NCBI GenBank assembly: GCA_046331505.1
Contig: JAXLQT010000008.1
Location: 11,567 to 75,566 of the forward strand
Origin: Acidobacteriota bacterium
Lineage (GTDB): Bacteria > Acidobacteriota > Vicinamibacteria > JAXLQT01
Direction: 5' to 3'
Length of the DNA: 64,000 bases
The position numbers and the translations under genes are program-made. A model generated the notes under the pieces. That model ran no database searches, had not been told where the DNA came from, and was given only the letters and a program-made list of their open reading frames with translations. This document shows, piece after piece, positions 55,313 to 64,000 of this stretch. Position 1 is the first letter of the stretch. The number at the start of each line of letters is the position of its first letter.

Positions 55313-57442
55313 TCATCTCGGCCGCGGGGGATCCATGGCCAGCGCCAGGTGCCCGGAGGCGATGGGCACCGTCTTCTCGGCCCTGGCCATCTCGGTGACC
55401 GGCGACGTGAGGCCCGCCCCCTCGCCGAACATGAAGTTGAGGAGGTACTGATCGATCTTCCGGTACATGAGGCGCCCCTTCACGTGGAGCGTCGCGACCC
55501 CTCCGGGCACGGCGACGCCGAAGCTCTGGCTCTGGGACTCCGGAACGGTCGCGTTGCTCGCGCCGCCGGGGCAACGGAAGGCGTACTCGGCGGTGTCGGA
55601 GAACCCGGGAAACAGCGAGCGCCGGTAGCGCACGCCCACCATCTCCCAGAGGTTGTGGCGGTCGATGAGGTTCCCGTACTGGTCCACGGGCTCCGCCTTG
55701 AACATGAACGATCCGGGCGCGATGAAGTGGCGATCGTCGACCGAACCCGAGGAGAAGATCTCTCGCCCCCCGTCGTCGGAGACGGTGATCTCGATCCACG
55801 ACTGGATGATGTCGAGGGGACCGGTGGGGAAGTCGTGGCCGACCTTGTTCGAGGTGACGACGGCCTTCACCTTCATCTCCTCGCCTGCGCTCGCCTCCGG
55901 TGGCACGTCGAGCTCGATCGCGACGGCGGGGCCCGTTCGCCACTTGCCGGCGATCTCGGGCACCTCGAGCTGGCCCTTGAGCCAGCTCTCGGTCAGCGCC
56001 ACCTGCTTGTCGGCCCCGGGGATCTTGAGAAGGGCCGGCATGAGCTGGTTCGCCCCGACGAATCGGTGGCTCCGGTGGCGCCCGTCGAGCTCGCTCCGGT
56101 TGTAGTCGGCCCCGTCTCCGGCCGCCGGGTCGCTGGAGGCGACCAGCGGCATGTGGCACTCGCGGCACTCGATGGTCTTGCGTGGATCGCCGGGATGGTT
56201 CCAGCGGCTCTTGCGCCAGTTGTCGTACTGGTTCTGGAGCTGCACCCAGCCGACGTTGTTCACCTCCTGGTCGATGAACTGCTTGTGGCACGCGGCGCAG
56301 TACTCGGGAGTCTTGAAGAGCCGCTTGGAGAGGTCGGCCTGGTGGGCCTTGGGATAGGAACGGATGAGGAAGTCCCGCAGCGCCCGTGCGCCGTTGCCGT
56401 CGTGGAGCTCGAAGAGGTACCGGCGCGGCTGCCCGACGACGTAGTTCGCGTTTCCGAGAACGTCGGTCTTGCGCACCGAGTGGCACACGAGGCACGACAC
56501 GCCCTCGTCGTAACCCGCGAGGCCGCTGAGGTGCTCGGTGAAGATGTTCTTCGTCCCCGAGAAGAGCGAGATGGGATCGTGGCAGCCGCCGCAGTAGCGC
56601 GTCGACTCGGCGCCGTTCTGCTTGGCCATCTCCTCCTGGATCCGCTGGAACCCGGGGTCCATGGACGCCCAGCGGTGCGCGCTCACGCTCCACTCGGCGG
56701 CGATCTGCTCGTGACAGCGCGTCGTGCCGCAGGACGCCGATCCCGAGAACGAGCGTGCGTCGTACGCGCCGCCCGAAGCGGTGTGCGCGAGGCTCGGTGC
56801 AAAGGGGCGGTCACGGCCGAGCTTGTAGGAGTAGTCGTCCGGGAACCGGTCGATCATGCGGTCGCCCGGATAGGCGCGCCAGAGGGCGGCGATGGGCGCC
56901 GCCATGACGAGCGCGAGGACGGAAGCGAGTACGAGCGCCCGCCTCTGGGCGGCGAGCAGGTCGGTCGCCCCGCCGAGGGCGCGCAGGCCGAGGTCTCGCA
57001 GCAGCACGATCCCGACGTGCGGCAACAGGAAGCCGCAGAGTGCGTAGGTGGCGAAGAGGTGCGCCTTGCTCCATCCGTATCCGATGCGCGTACCGAAGAT
57101 CGCCTGGAACGTGAGCACGCTTCCGGTCGCGAGCGCCACCGTCGTCGCCAGCGCCGCGGCGTATCCCATCGCCTTGTTGGCCGAGAGCGGCCGCGACCAG
57201 TACACCCGCAGGTGGCGGATCTGGTAGGCCAGGACCGGGACGAGGAAGAGGAGACCGATCCCGGTATGGACGATCACCGTCCACTGGCTGGCTGCCGAGA
57301 ACGGAAGGAACGTGACGGCGAGCCCGCTGCCGGTCTCGAACATGAGGTAGGCGAGCGTCGCGACGGCGAGGCGTTTCCGCCACTCCGCCGCCCGCGACGA
57401 GATGCCTCGATTCGGGCCGGATTCGCTCGGTGGGACGTTCAT
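55313..57442 (-). CDS. Membrane-anchored multiheme cytochrome c with an N-terminal polytopic (b-type-like) domain.
   Basis: ATG with GGGAGG RBS. 4-5 TM helices carry conserved His. Periplasmic domain has CGGCH, CLVCH, CAACH, CRECH plus CGTTRCH. Large heme-free C-terminal domain. Confidence 0.75.
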   Translation of the reverse strand: MNVPPSESGPNRGISSRAAEWRKRLAVATLAYLMFETGSGLAVTFLPFSAASQWTVIVHTGIGLLFLVPVLAYQIRHLRVYWSRPLSANKAMGYAAALATTVALATGSVLTFQAIFGTRIGYGWSKAHLFATYALCGFLLPHVGIVLLRDLGLRALGGATDLLAAQRRALVLASVLALVMAAPIAALWRAYPGDRMIDRFPDDYSYKLGRDRPFAPSLAHTASGGAYDARSFSGSASCGTTRCHEQIAAEWSVSAHRWASMDPGFQRIQEEMAKQNGAESTRYCGGCHDPISLFSGTKNIFTEHLSGLAGYDEGVSCLVCHSVRKTDVLGNANYVVGQPRRYLFELHDGNGARALRDFLIRSYPKAHQADLSKRLFKTPEYCAACHKQFIDQEVNNVGWVQLQNQYDNWRKSRWNHPGDPRKTIECRECHMPLVASSDPAAGDGADYNRSELDGRHRSHRFVGANQLMPALLKIPGADKQVALTESWLKGQLEVPEIAGKWRTGPAVAIELDVPPEASAGEEMKVKAVVTSNKVGHDFPTGPLDIIQSWIEITVSDDGGREIFSSGSVDDRHFIAPGSFMFKAEPVDQYGNLIDRHNLWEMVGVRYRRSLFPGFSDTAEYAFRCPGGASNATVPESQSQSFGVAVPGGVATLHVKGRLMYRKIDQYLLNFMFGEGAGLTSPVTEMARAEKTVPIASGHLALAMDPPRPR

Positions 57443-58068
57443 GGTACGACCTCCCGCCGTGGAGCGTAGGCGGCGTCCGGGTTGCCCGCAATCCCTCGTT
57501 CGAGGGATCTCCATGCCGCGAATGCGTGATTGCACGCGCGTCGTCCCTACCCGCATCGGCGGATGAGTCGCTCCCTCCCTCGACCGGCTGCCGCCTCCGG
57601 GCTAACTGTTCTGATCCGCAGGATCCATGAGACCGACCCCCTGGGCTGCTCCCGGTGCCAGGGTCAGATCCGCATCATCGCCTTCATCGCCGACCTCGAG
57701 GTCGTCAGGAAGAACCTCGGGCACCTGCGTCGTCCCTCCGGGAACCGTGCTCCTCGCAACGAAGGCGTCGCGGTTCCGATCCAGCGCTGATCCGCCATCC
57801 TCCCGATACCAAGACATCGGACATGGCCGAGGACCGCCACGACGCGCCCGCGCTCTTCGCCGCGGGGACAACATCATGCGCCACCCCGCTCCGGTGCCCT
57901 CACGCGGCACGCCTGTGGACGCCGAATCGCGTCGAATCTTCCCTCGCCGACGCCTAGGAGGGACGGGAGACAACGAAACGCTGCCCAGATGCCTCGCCGC
58001 ACCGGAAGGAAGTCCCTATCCATCCGGAGGTGGAATAGAATCTCGACCGGCGGAGGTGCGATTCGGGC

Positions 58069-60639
58069 ATGAGGGGAGCGGGCCAGGTGAGTGCAGCCAT
58101 GGCGGCATTGATGGCCGCCGCCCCGTCGGCCGCCGCGGTCGTCATGCCCTTCGAGGAGCGCCTGAACGCGCTCGAGCGAATCGAGCGGGTCTACGACGCG
58201 CGGCGCACCTGGCCGGAGGTCAATCGTCGCCCGAAGCCCGCCTTCACACGGAGGCTTTCTCGCGAGGCGCTGGCGCGCAAGGCGGAGCGCGCCCTCCGGG
58301 AGTCCGCCGCGCTGGACGTCTTCTTCGAGGCGCCGATCACCGCCGGCGATCTCCGCGCGGAGTGGTCGCGCATGTCGCGCGACACCCATGACCCCGCGAT
58401 GCTTCGCGAGATCCTCGAGGCCGCCGGGCACGACGAGCTCACAGTGCTCGAGTGCGTCGTCCGTCCAGGCCTCGCGGCGAGACGTTTCCGTGAGCGGTAT
58501 GCGTCGGATCGGCGCACCCACCCGGCCGTGCGAGACGCTGGCTGCCTGGGGCTGGCCATCCCGATCCTCACGACTCCGGGGGAGTCGCCCGACGCATGGC
58601 TGGAGCATCTGCCGATGCCGCAGGACTGGAGGACTCCAGCCATCGATCTCGACGCCGCCGGGCCCCATCGTCCCGAACGCGCTGGCATCCACAGCGACCC
58701 AGATCCGCGAATCGTGGGACAGGCGCTCTGGACGGGATCCGAGATGCTCGTCTTCGGGAAGGGCGCCTGCCGTGGAGGACGCTACGACCCGGCGACCGAC
58801 GAGTGGCACTGGATCCCGTCCGTACCAAGCAGCCTCTACCCGAACGCCACCGTCGTGTGGACGGGCAGCGAGGCGATCCTCTGGGGAGGCTCGGACGGCC
58901 AGTACTACTCGAACTGGGGTGCGAAGTACGACCCCGTTGCCGAGACCTGGACACCCATCGGTGGACTCCCCGCGGCCCGCTACCGCCACTCCGCCGTCTG
59001 GACAGGGACGGAGATGATCGTCTGGGGTGGTCAAGTCGCGAACCACTTTCCGACGAACACGGGAGGCCGGTACGATCCGGTGACCGACTCGTGGACGCCC
59101 ACGGGACTCGGCGCTGGCACCCCTTCGCCGCGAGAGGTCCACACGGCAGTGTGGACCGGTCAGACGATGATCGTCTGGGGCGGCCAGTACTTCGGGACGC
59201 TCGGGGACGGAGCTTCCTACGATCCCGTAGCCGACTCGTGGAACACGTTGCCGTCGTCCCAGGCTCCGTCGGCCCGCGTCGGCCATTGCGCGGTCTGGAC
59301 CGGCTCGACGATGCTCGTGTGGGGAGGAGAGACCTTCTCTCCCTCGCAGGAGCTCGGAGACGGCGCCGCGTTCGATCCCGTCGCGAACGTCTGGCGTCCC
59401 GTGTCCCTGTTGAACGCGCCGTCTCCCCGGCACGGTCACACGATGATCTGCACCGGTTCCGAAGCCATCGTCTGGGGAGGGAGCGGTCCGGCCCAGCTCC
59501 TCGAGGACGGCGGCCGCTACGATGTTGCCTCGGACACGTGGCGCCCGACCGCGGTGAACGGATCGTCGCCAGTCGCGCGGATCGATCACTGCGCCGCATG
59601 GACGGGCACCGAGATGATCGTGACGGGCGGCACTCCCGCGAGCGGGACCGGCGGCCGTTACGACCCGGTCGCCGATTCCTGGACGCCGACGCGCTCAGAA
59701 TGGACCGCCCCGATCTTCGGAAGCGGCGTGGTCTGGGATGGCGCGGAGATGATCGTCTGGGGTGGGAACGATCTTGCCGGGAACGTGACGAACCAAGGAG
59801 GACGCTACGATCCCGCCTTGGACGCCTGGACGCCGACGGCGCTGACCACGGGCGTGCCGCCTCCCGCCATCCTGGGTGCGGCCGTGTGGACGGGAACGGA
59901 GATGATCGTCTGGGGGGGCTCGAACGGGCAGGAGGGTGGCCGCTACGATCCGCTGACCGATTCGTGGGCCGCGACGACCACCGGCGGCGCTCCGGAGCCA
60001 CGCCAGTACCCGACTGGCGTGTGGACAGGAACCGAGATGATCGTCTGGGGTGGGGAGGGGAACGGTGGCGGCCTGGACACCGGGGGCCGATACGATCCCG
60101 TTTCCGATTCGTGGCGGCCCACGTCCACGGGTGCCGGATGTCCGGCTCCTCGCTACTGGCACGCCTGCGTCTTCACGGGCTCGCTCATGATCGTGTGGGG
60201 GGGTGCGAAGTACGGGGTCTACTACGGGGACGGCTCCCTGTACGATCCCGCATCAGACTCGTGGCTTCCCATGACCGGGGCGGGCGCTCCATCGGCTCGA
60301 TGGGGCTCGACGGCCGTCTGGACGGGAGTGGAGCTCATTGTGTGGGGAGGATACGGTGCGGGGGGGCCTCTGAACACCGGAGGCCGCTACGATCCCGTGG
60401 TCGACTCGTGGAACACGATGGGTGTAGGCGCCGGCACTCCGGTGTGGCGCTCTGGACACACGGGCGTCTGGACCGGCCAGGCCCTCATCGTCTGGGGGGG
60501 CGATTCGGGCAATTACAATTATCTCGACAGTGGAGGGCTTTATATCCCCGCGACGGACGCCTTTGGCAACCTACGCCGCTGGCGGACGCGCCGTACAGAC
60601 GTCAGGAGCACGCTGCGGTGCGGAGCGGCACAGAAATGA
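58069..60639 (+). CDS. Giant Kelch-like beta-propeller repeat protein (about 14 units) with a 200-aa N-terminal non-repeat domain. The frame breaks near 60555.
   Basis: Unit AVWTGTEMIVWGG...GGRYDPxxDSWTPT of about 50 aa repeats about 14 times. An alternative start at about 58099 has an AGGTGAG RBS. Confidence 0.7.
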   Translation: MRGAGQVSAAMAALMAAAPSAAAVVMPFEERLNALERIERVYDARRTWPEVNRRPKPAFTRRLSREALARKAERALRESAALDVFFEAPITAGDLRAEWSRMSRDTHDPAMLREILEAAGHDELTVLECVVRPGLAARRFRERYASDRRTHPAVRDAGCLGLAIPILTTPGESPDAWLEHLPMPQDWRTPAIDLDAAGPHRPERAGIHSDPDPRIVGQALWTGSEMLVFGKGACRGGRYDPATDEWHWIPSVPSSLYPNATVVWTGSEAILWGGSDGQYYSNWGAKYDPVAETWTPIGGLPAARYRHSAVWTGTEMIVWGGQVANHFPTNTGGRYDPVTDSWTPTGLGAGTPSPREVHTAVWTGQTMIVWGGQYFGTLGDGASYDPVADSWNTLPSSQAPSARVGHCAVWTGSTMLVWGGETFSPSQELGDGAAFDPVANVWRPVSLLNAPSPRHGHTMICTGSEAIVWGGSGPAQLLEDGGRYDVASDTWRPTAVNGSSPVARIDHCAAWTGTEMIVTGGTPASGTGGRYDPVADSWTPTRSEWTAPIFGSGVVWDGAEMIVWGGNDLAGNVTNQGGRYDPALDAWTPTALTTGVPPPAILGAAVWTGTEMIVWGGSNGQEGGRYDPLTDSWAATTTGGAPEPRQYPTGVWTGTEMIVWGGEGNGGGLDTGGRYDPVSDSWRPTSTGAGCPAPRYWHACVFTGSLMIVWGGAKYGVYYGDGSLYDPASDSWLPMTGAGAPSARWGSTAVWTGVELIVWGGYGAGGPLNTGGRYDPVVDSWNTMGVGAGTPVWRSGHTGVWTGQALIVWGGDSGNYNYLDSGGLYIPATDAFGNLRRWRTRRTDVRSTLRCGAAQK

Positions 60640-61750
60640 TCGTCTGGGGAGGAAGATTCTCGCTGATGGGTGGGCGTTACGACTCCGGTGTCCGACACCT
60701 GGAGTCAGGGACCGACGCCCCTCGGGGACGACGTGCTCGTTGCCAAGGGATCCTCTTCCGGTGCCGGCTACGACTCGACCGTCGCCGGATACCGGCTCGA
60801 TCGCGGCGCCCCCGCCTTCTGGGGATTCCCGATTCCCGACGCTGGTAGGTTATGGAGCCAGCGTCGCCGGCGGGGACGTCATGGCCGGGGCCCTGCCGAG
60901 ATCCTCACCGGGCCCGGTCCTGCCCCCAGCATCTGCCAACGATCCGCGGGTTCGACCGCGCGGCGGCGCGCCGGTCGCGGGCCTCGACTTCCAGGCCTAG
61001 CGGCGCGACTGGCTTCGCGCCAACGGCCTCCGGCGCCATCGACACGGACGGCGAGATCCTCAACGCCCCGGCCCCTCCCCACCTTCGGCCCCCACGTGCG
61101 CGCCCAGGTACTTGGGAGGCGTCGTGTCGGCCATCTCGAAGGTTAGCTTCTACTCGTACGGAACTCCTCAAGTACGGCGTCGGCGTCGCCTCGGGGGATC
61201 TCGAACAGGACGGATATGACGAGATCGTGACGGGGCCGGGACCCGGTCCGGTGTTCGGACCGCACGTTCGTGCGTTCGACTTCGACGGGTCCGTCATCGC
61301 AGCAAAGCAGAAGATCAGCTTCTTCGCCTACGGCACGCCCCGTTACGGAGTCAATGTCTCGGCGGACGACGTGAACGGTGATGGCGCGGCGGACGTCACC
61401 ACCGGCCCCGGCCCGTCTCCGCCTGCGCCGCACCCGCGGCTTCGACGTGACGAACGGCGCTCCGGCTCCCATTCCCGGACTGTCGGCCTTCCCTCCATCC
61501 GCGCACCGGCCTGAACGTCGGCGGTGGAGATCTCGACAGCGACTTCAGGGACGAGATCGTCGCGGGTCCAGGACCCGACCCGACCTACCCATCGCGCTTC
61601 TCCGCCTACGACTTCGACTCGGGCGCACTCTCCGCAATCCCCGCCCTCGATCTCGATCCTTTCCTGCTCTCCTGCGGGACGAACGTCGGTGCCTCGAACC
61701 TGGGCCTCTGAGCGGATCGTTCCTCTCGCCGCCGTGGTCCTGGCGGTCGC
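60640..61750 (+). pseudogene. Degenerate FG-GAP-repeat region broken across at least 4 reading frames.
   Basis: FG-GAP-like peptides (DEIVTGPGPGPVFGPHVRAFDFDGS; SADDVNGDGAADVTTGPGPS; NVGGGDLDSDFRDEIVAGPGPDP) appear in different frames of track ORFs 60670-61146, 60852-61514 and 61378-61797. Confidence 0.5.
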
Positions 61751-64000
61751 GCACCCCTGCGATGGCGCCGCGCGCTTCCACGACGACGCGCCGATGACCG
61801 GCAAGGCCCTCTGGACGGGCACGGAGATGATCTTCTGGGGAGGAACGTCGGGATCGGGCGCACGCTACGACCCCGCCGCGAATGTGTGGCATCGGATGTC
61901 GACCGCCACGAACGCTCCGGGTTGGCGGAGCGGCTTCGGTATGGTGTGGGCGGGATCGGAGCTCCTCGTCTGGGGAGGCCTCCTCGGCGGCGGTTACACG
62001 AACACCGGAGCGCGCTACGAGCCGCGTTCCGACTCGTGGCGTCCTCTCTCGACCGCGGCCGGTTGCCCGACGGCGCGCGGCAGCCACTCCGCCGTCTGGA
62101 CCGGCGCGGAGATGATCGTCTGGGGGGGCTACGACGGCTATTCCTACCTCGACGACGGCGGGCGCTACGACCCTGCGACGAACGTCTGGCTTCCCATCGC
62201 CCCGACGTCGTCCACGCCAAGGCCGCGAAGGGACCATGCGGCGGTCTGGACGGGGAACAGAATGGTCGTCTGGGGAGGCAGGGCGTTCAGTAACTACGTG
62301 ACGGGCGGAACGTACGATCCCGTGACCGACGCCTGGGCCCCGACGTCCACGGGTCCGGGCTGCCCCACGGCACGAACCGACTTCACGACTGTCTGGACGG
62401 GCTCGCAGATGATCGTGTGGGGAGGACAGGACGGTGCCTACGGCAATTCTGGTGCGCGCTACGACATCGGCACGGATACGTGGACTCCAACGTCGATCGG
62501 CGGGCCGAGTCCGCCCACGGGCCGGTGGGCACACACAGCGGTCTGGACCGGAGCCGAGATGATCGTGTGGGGAGGCGAGTCCGCCGGCGGCCAGCTGGGT
62601 GACGCCTACGATCCTGCGACAGACGCCTGGCGGCCCGTTTCGTCCACTGGCGCGCCGAGCGCCCGTTCCCACCATGCTGCCGTCTGGACCGGCAGCGAGA
62701 TGATCGTGTGGGGCCAGTGGATGGAGGAGCCTGCCTCGGACGGAGGAAGTTACGACCCAGCGACGGATGCCTGGGCTCCCGTGCTTGGGGAGGATGGGCC
62801 AGACGTCGACGGCCCCGCGGTGTGGACCGGAACGGAGCTCCTCGTGTTCCCCGTCTATCAGGCCTCGGCGTGGCGCTTCGATCCGGATCGCGAGGCTTGG
62901 AGCGTCACCTCGCCTGGGCCGACACCGACGAGCCCCGAGTCCGTCGTCTGGACCGGGGTCGAGGCCATCACGTGGGGCGGAGCGACAGTGCGTGCCGGCC
63001 GGCGTTACGACCCGTCGCTCGACACATGGGGTTCCGTCAACCCGAACAGTCCGGCGGCGCTGTATCTCACCTCGGCAGTGTGGACAGGGACCGAGATGAT
63101 CACCTGGGGGGGCGCGACGGCGGCAGTCCAGCAGAACACCGGCGGTCGTTACGATCCCGTCTCCGACTCCTGGCTCGCGACCTCGACCAGCCCACCCGTT
63201 CCTTCGCCGCGATGGGGACATGGAGCAGTGTGGACGGGTACGGAGATGGTGATCTGGGGAGCCCGCTACCCGGCGCCGACCGACACCGGTGGCCGCTATG
63301 ATCCCTCGACGGACTCGTGGCGGACCACATCGACGGGGGCGGGCGTCCCGAGCCCTCGCATGGGATTCAGCGCGACATGGTCCGGGACGCGCATGATCAT
63401 CTGGGGTGGCGACGCCCAGTCGATCGGGGGCGCCTACGACCCCGCCGCCGACTCGTGGCAACCAATGGGTACGTCGGGTCAGGTCCCGTCCGCGCGGCGG
63501 TTTCATGGCGCCGACTGGACGGGTACGTCGCTCGTGGTCTGGGGAGGGGAATCTCTCGCTTCGCTAGACCTCGACACCGGCGCCCTCTACGACCCAGTGC
63601 TGGACACGTGGCGCCGCGTCACGACCGAGGATGCTCCCGAGGGTCGATTCGCTCCCCATGTCGTGTGGACCGGACGCGACGTCCTGGTCGAGGGCGGCGG
63701 CAAGCCAGGGGGTGGTCTCTACGATCCCGCACGCGACGTCTGGAACCACGGTCCGAGGACACGCGGCGACGTGGCCCTCGCGGGCAAGGGTCCCGGTGGA
63801 ACGGCCCTCTACGACGCGGCGTTCGACGCTCTCCGCGTCGACGGCGTCCAGCTTCCTTGGACGCTGGATCCCTTCCCCGGCGAGACCGGCGGCGGCGTGA
63901 ACCTCTGCGGCGCGGATGTCGTGGCCGGCGGAGCGGAAGAGATGCTGGCGGCGCACGGACCGTCTGCCCAGTTTTCGCCCCGAGTCCTTGGCTTCGACCG
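61697..64000 (+). CDS. Second Kelch-like beta-propeller repeat protein, partial: it runs off the window end.
   Basis: My own translation gives a continuous open frame from about 61697 (GTG, signal-like VPRTWASERIVPLAAVVLAVAHP) with at least 14 units A(V)WTG.EMI.WGG...YDP..D.W to position 64000. It is absent from the ORF track because there is no in-window stop. Confidence 0.6.

Noticed and set aside
1-64000. Searched for rRNA, tRNA, IS elements/transposases and integrase/prophage genes.
   Set aside because: No cloverleaf-like conserved tRNA features (GTTCRANYC T-loop in the right context), no rRNA-like conserved stretches, and no transposase or integrase protein signatures were recognised in any frame. 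The only mobile-element-like signal is the weak remnant at 57530-57790.

Overview
High-GC (~70-73%) bacterial chromosomal segment. It looks Myxococcota/Anaeromyxobacter-like, but that is inference from gene content, not a database match.

Gene content is dominated by respiratory and redox functions:
- Hydrogenase maturation genes hypD (partial), a SIS-domain gene and hypE at the 5' end.
- Two very large multiheme c-type cytochromes built from 'doubled CXXCH' repeats (about 23 and 34 heme sites).
- A tetraheme cytochrome / 4Fe-4S protein / NrfD-type membrane subunit triad.
- A further four-CXXCH periplasmic cytochrome c, and a membrane-anchored b/c-type multiheme cytochrome.
- A heme-copper oxidase operon: coxB, coxA, two coxIII-like genes and coxIV.
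- Heme supply and maturation genes: hemA, ccmC, ccmD, and a Cys-variant ccmE.
- The iron-uptake gene feoB with a DtxR/FeoA-type regulator.
- Regulators: a hybrid histidine kinase, two sigma-54 enhancer-binding proteins, and LuxR-type regulators.
- A radical SAM enzyme (PflA-like / AmmeMemoRadiSam-type), an aminotransferase, a transketolase-like enzyme, and a Cys/Met-metabolism PLP enzyme.
- Giant Kelch-like beta-propeller repeat proteins at the 3' end.
- A stress island at 2.4-11.7 kb with six Usp-domain genes, Hsp20, CBS, S2P protease and PRTase. It carries consensus sigma-54 promoters.

The most striking unexplained structure is a pair of tandem arrays that share a 28-nt GC-rich palindromic core.
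- One array is 9 x 69 bp at 23612-24232; the other is about 11 x 42 bp at 48347-48800.
- Each lies between adjacent cistrons of a respiratory operon (FeS/NrfD, and coxIII/coxIV).
- Both arrays are co-oriented with transcription, and both unit lengths are multiples of 3.
- The first array is spanned by an ORF that is translationally coupled at both ends.

A second candidate system is a tightly coupled 4-gene operon at 11656-16588. It encodes an outer-membrane-like protein, a lipoprotein, a His-rich 4-TM membrane protein and a TM-anchored ferredoxin-FAD/NAD(P) oxidoreductase. It looks like a split NOX-like transmembrane electron conduit.

Many unrelated genes carry single-base frame disruptions: TK-like, feoB, the NtrC-like regulator, PAS-LuxR, CRTAC1-TPR, Fd-FAD, and the Kelch/FG-GAP region. 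This suggests either indel-prone sequence or real decay.

No rRNA, tRNA, CRISPR, IS element or prophage was recognised. Coordinates are anchored to the supplied ORF track. 'M' in that track can be GTG or TTG.
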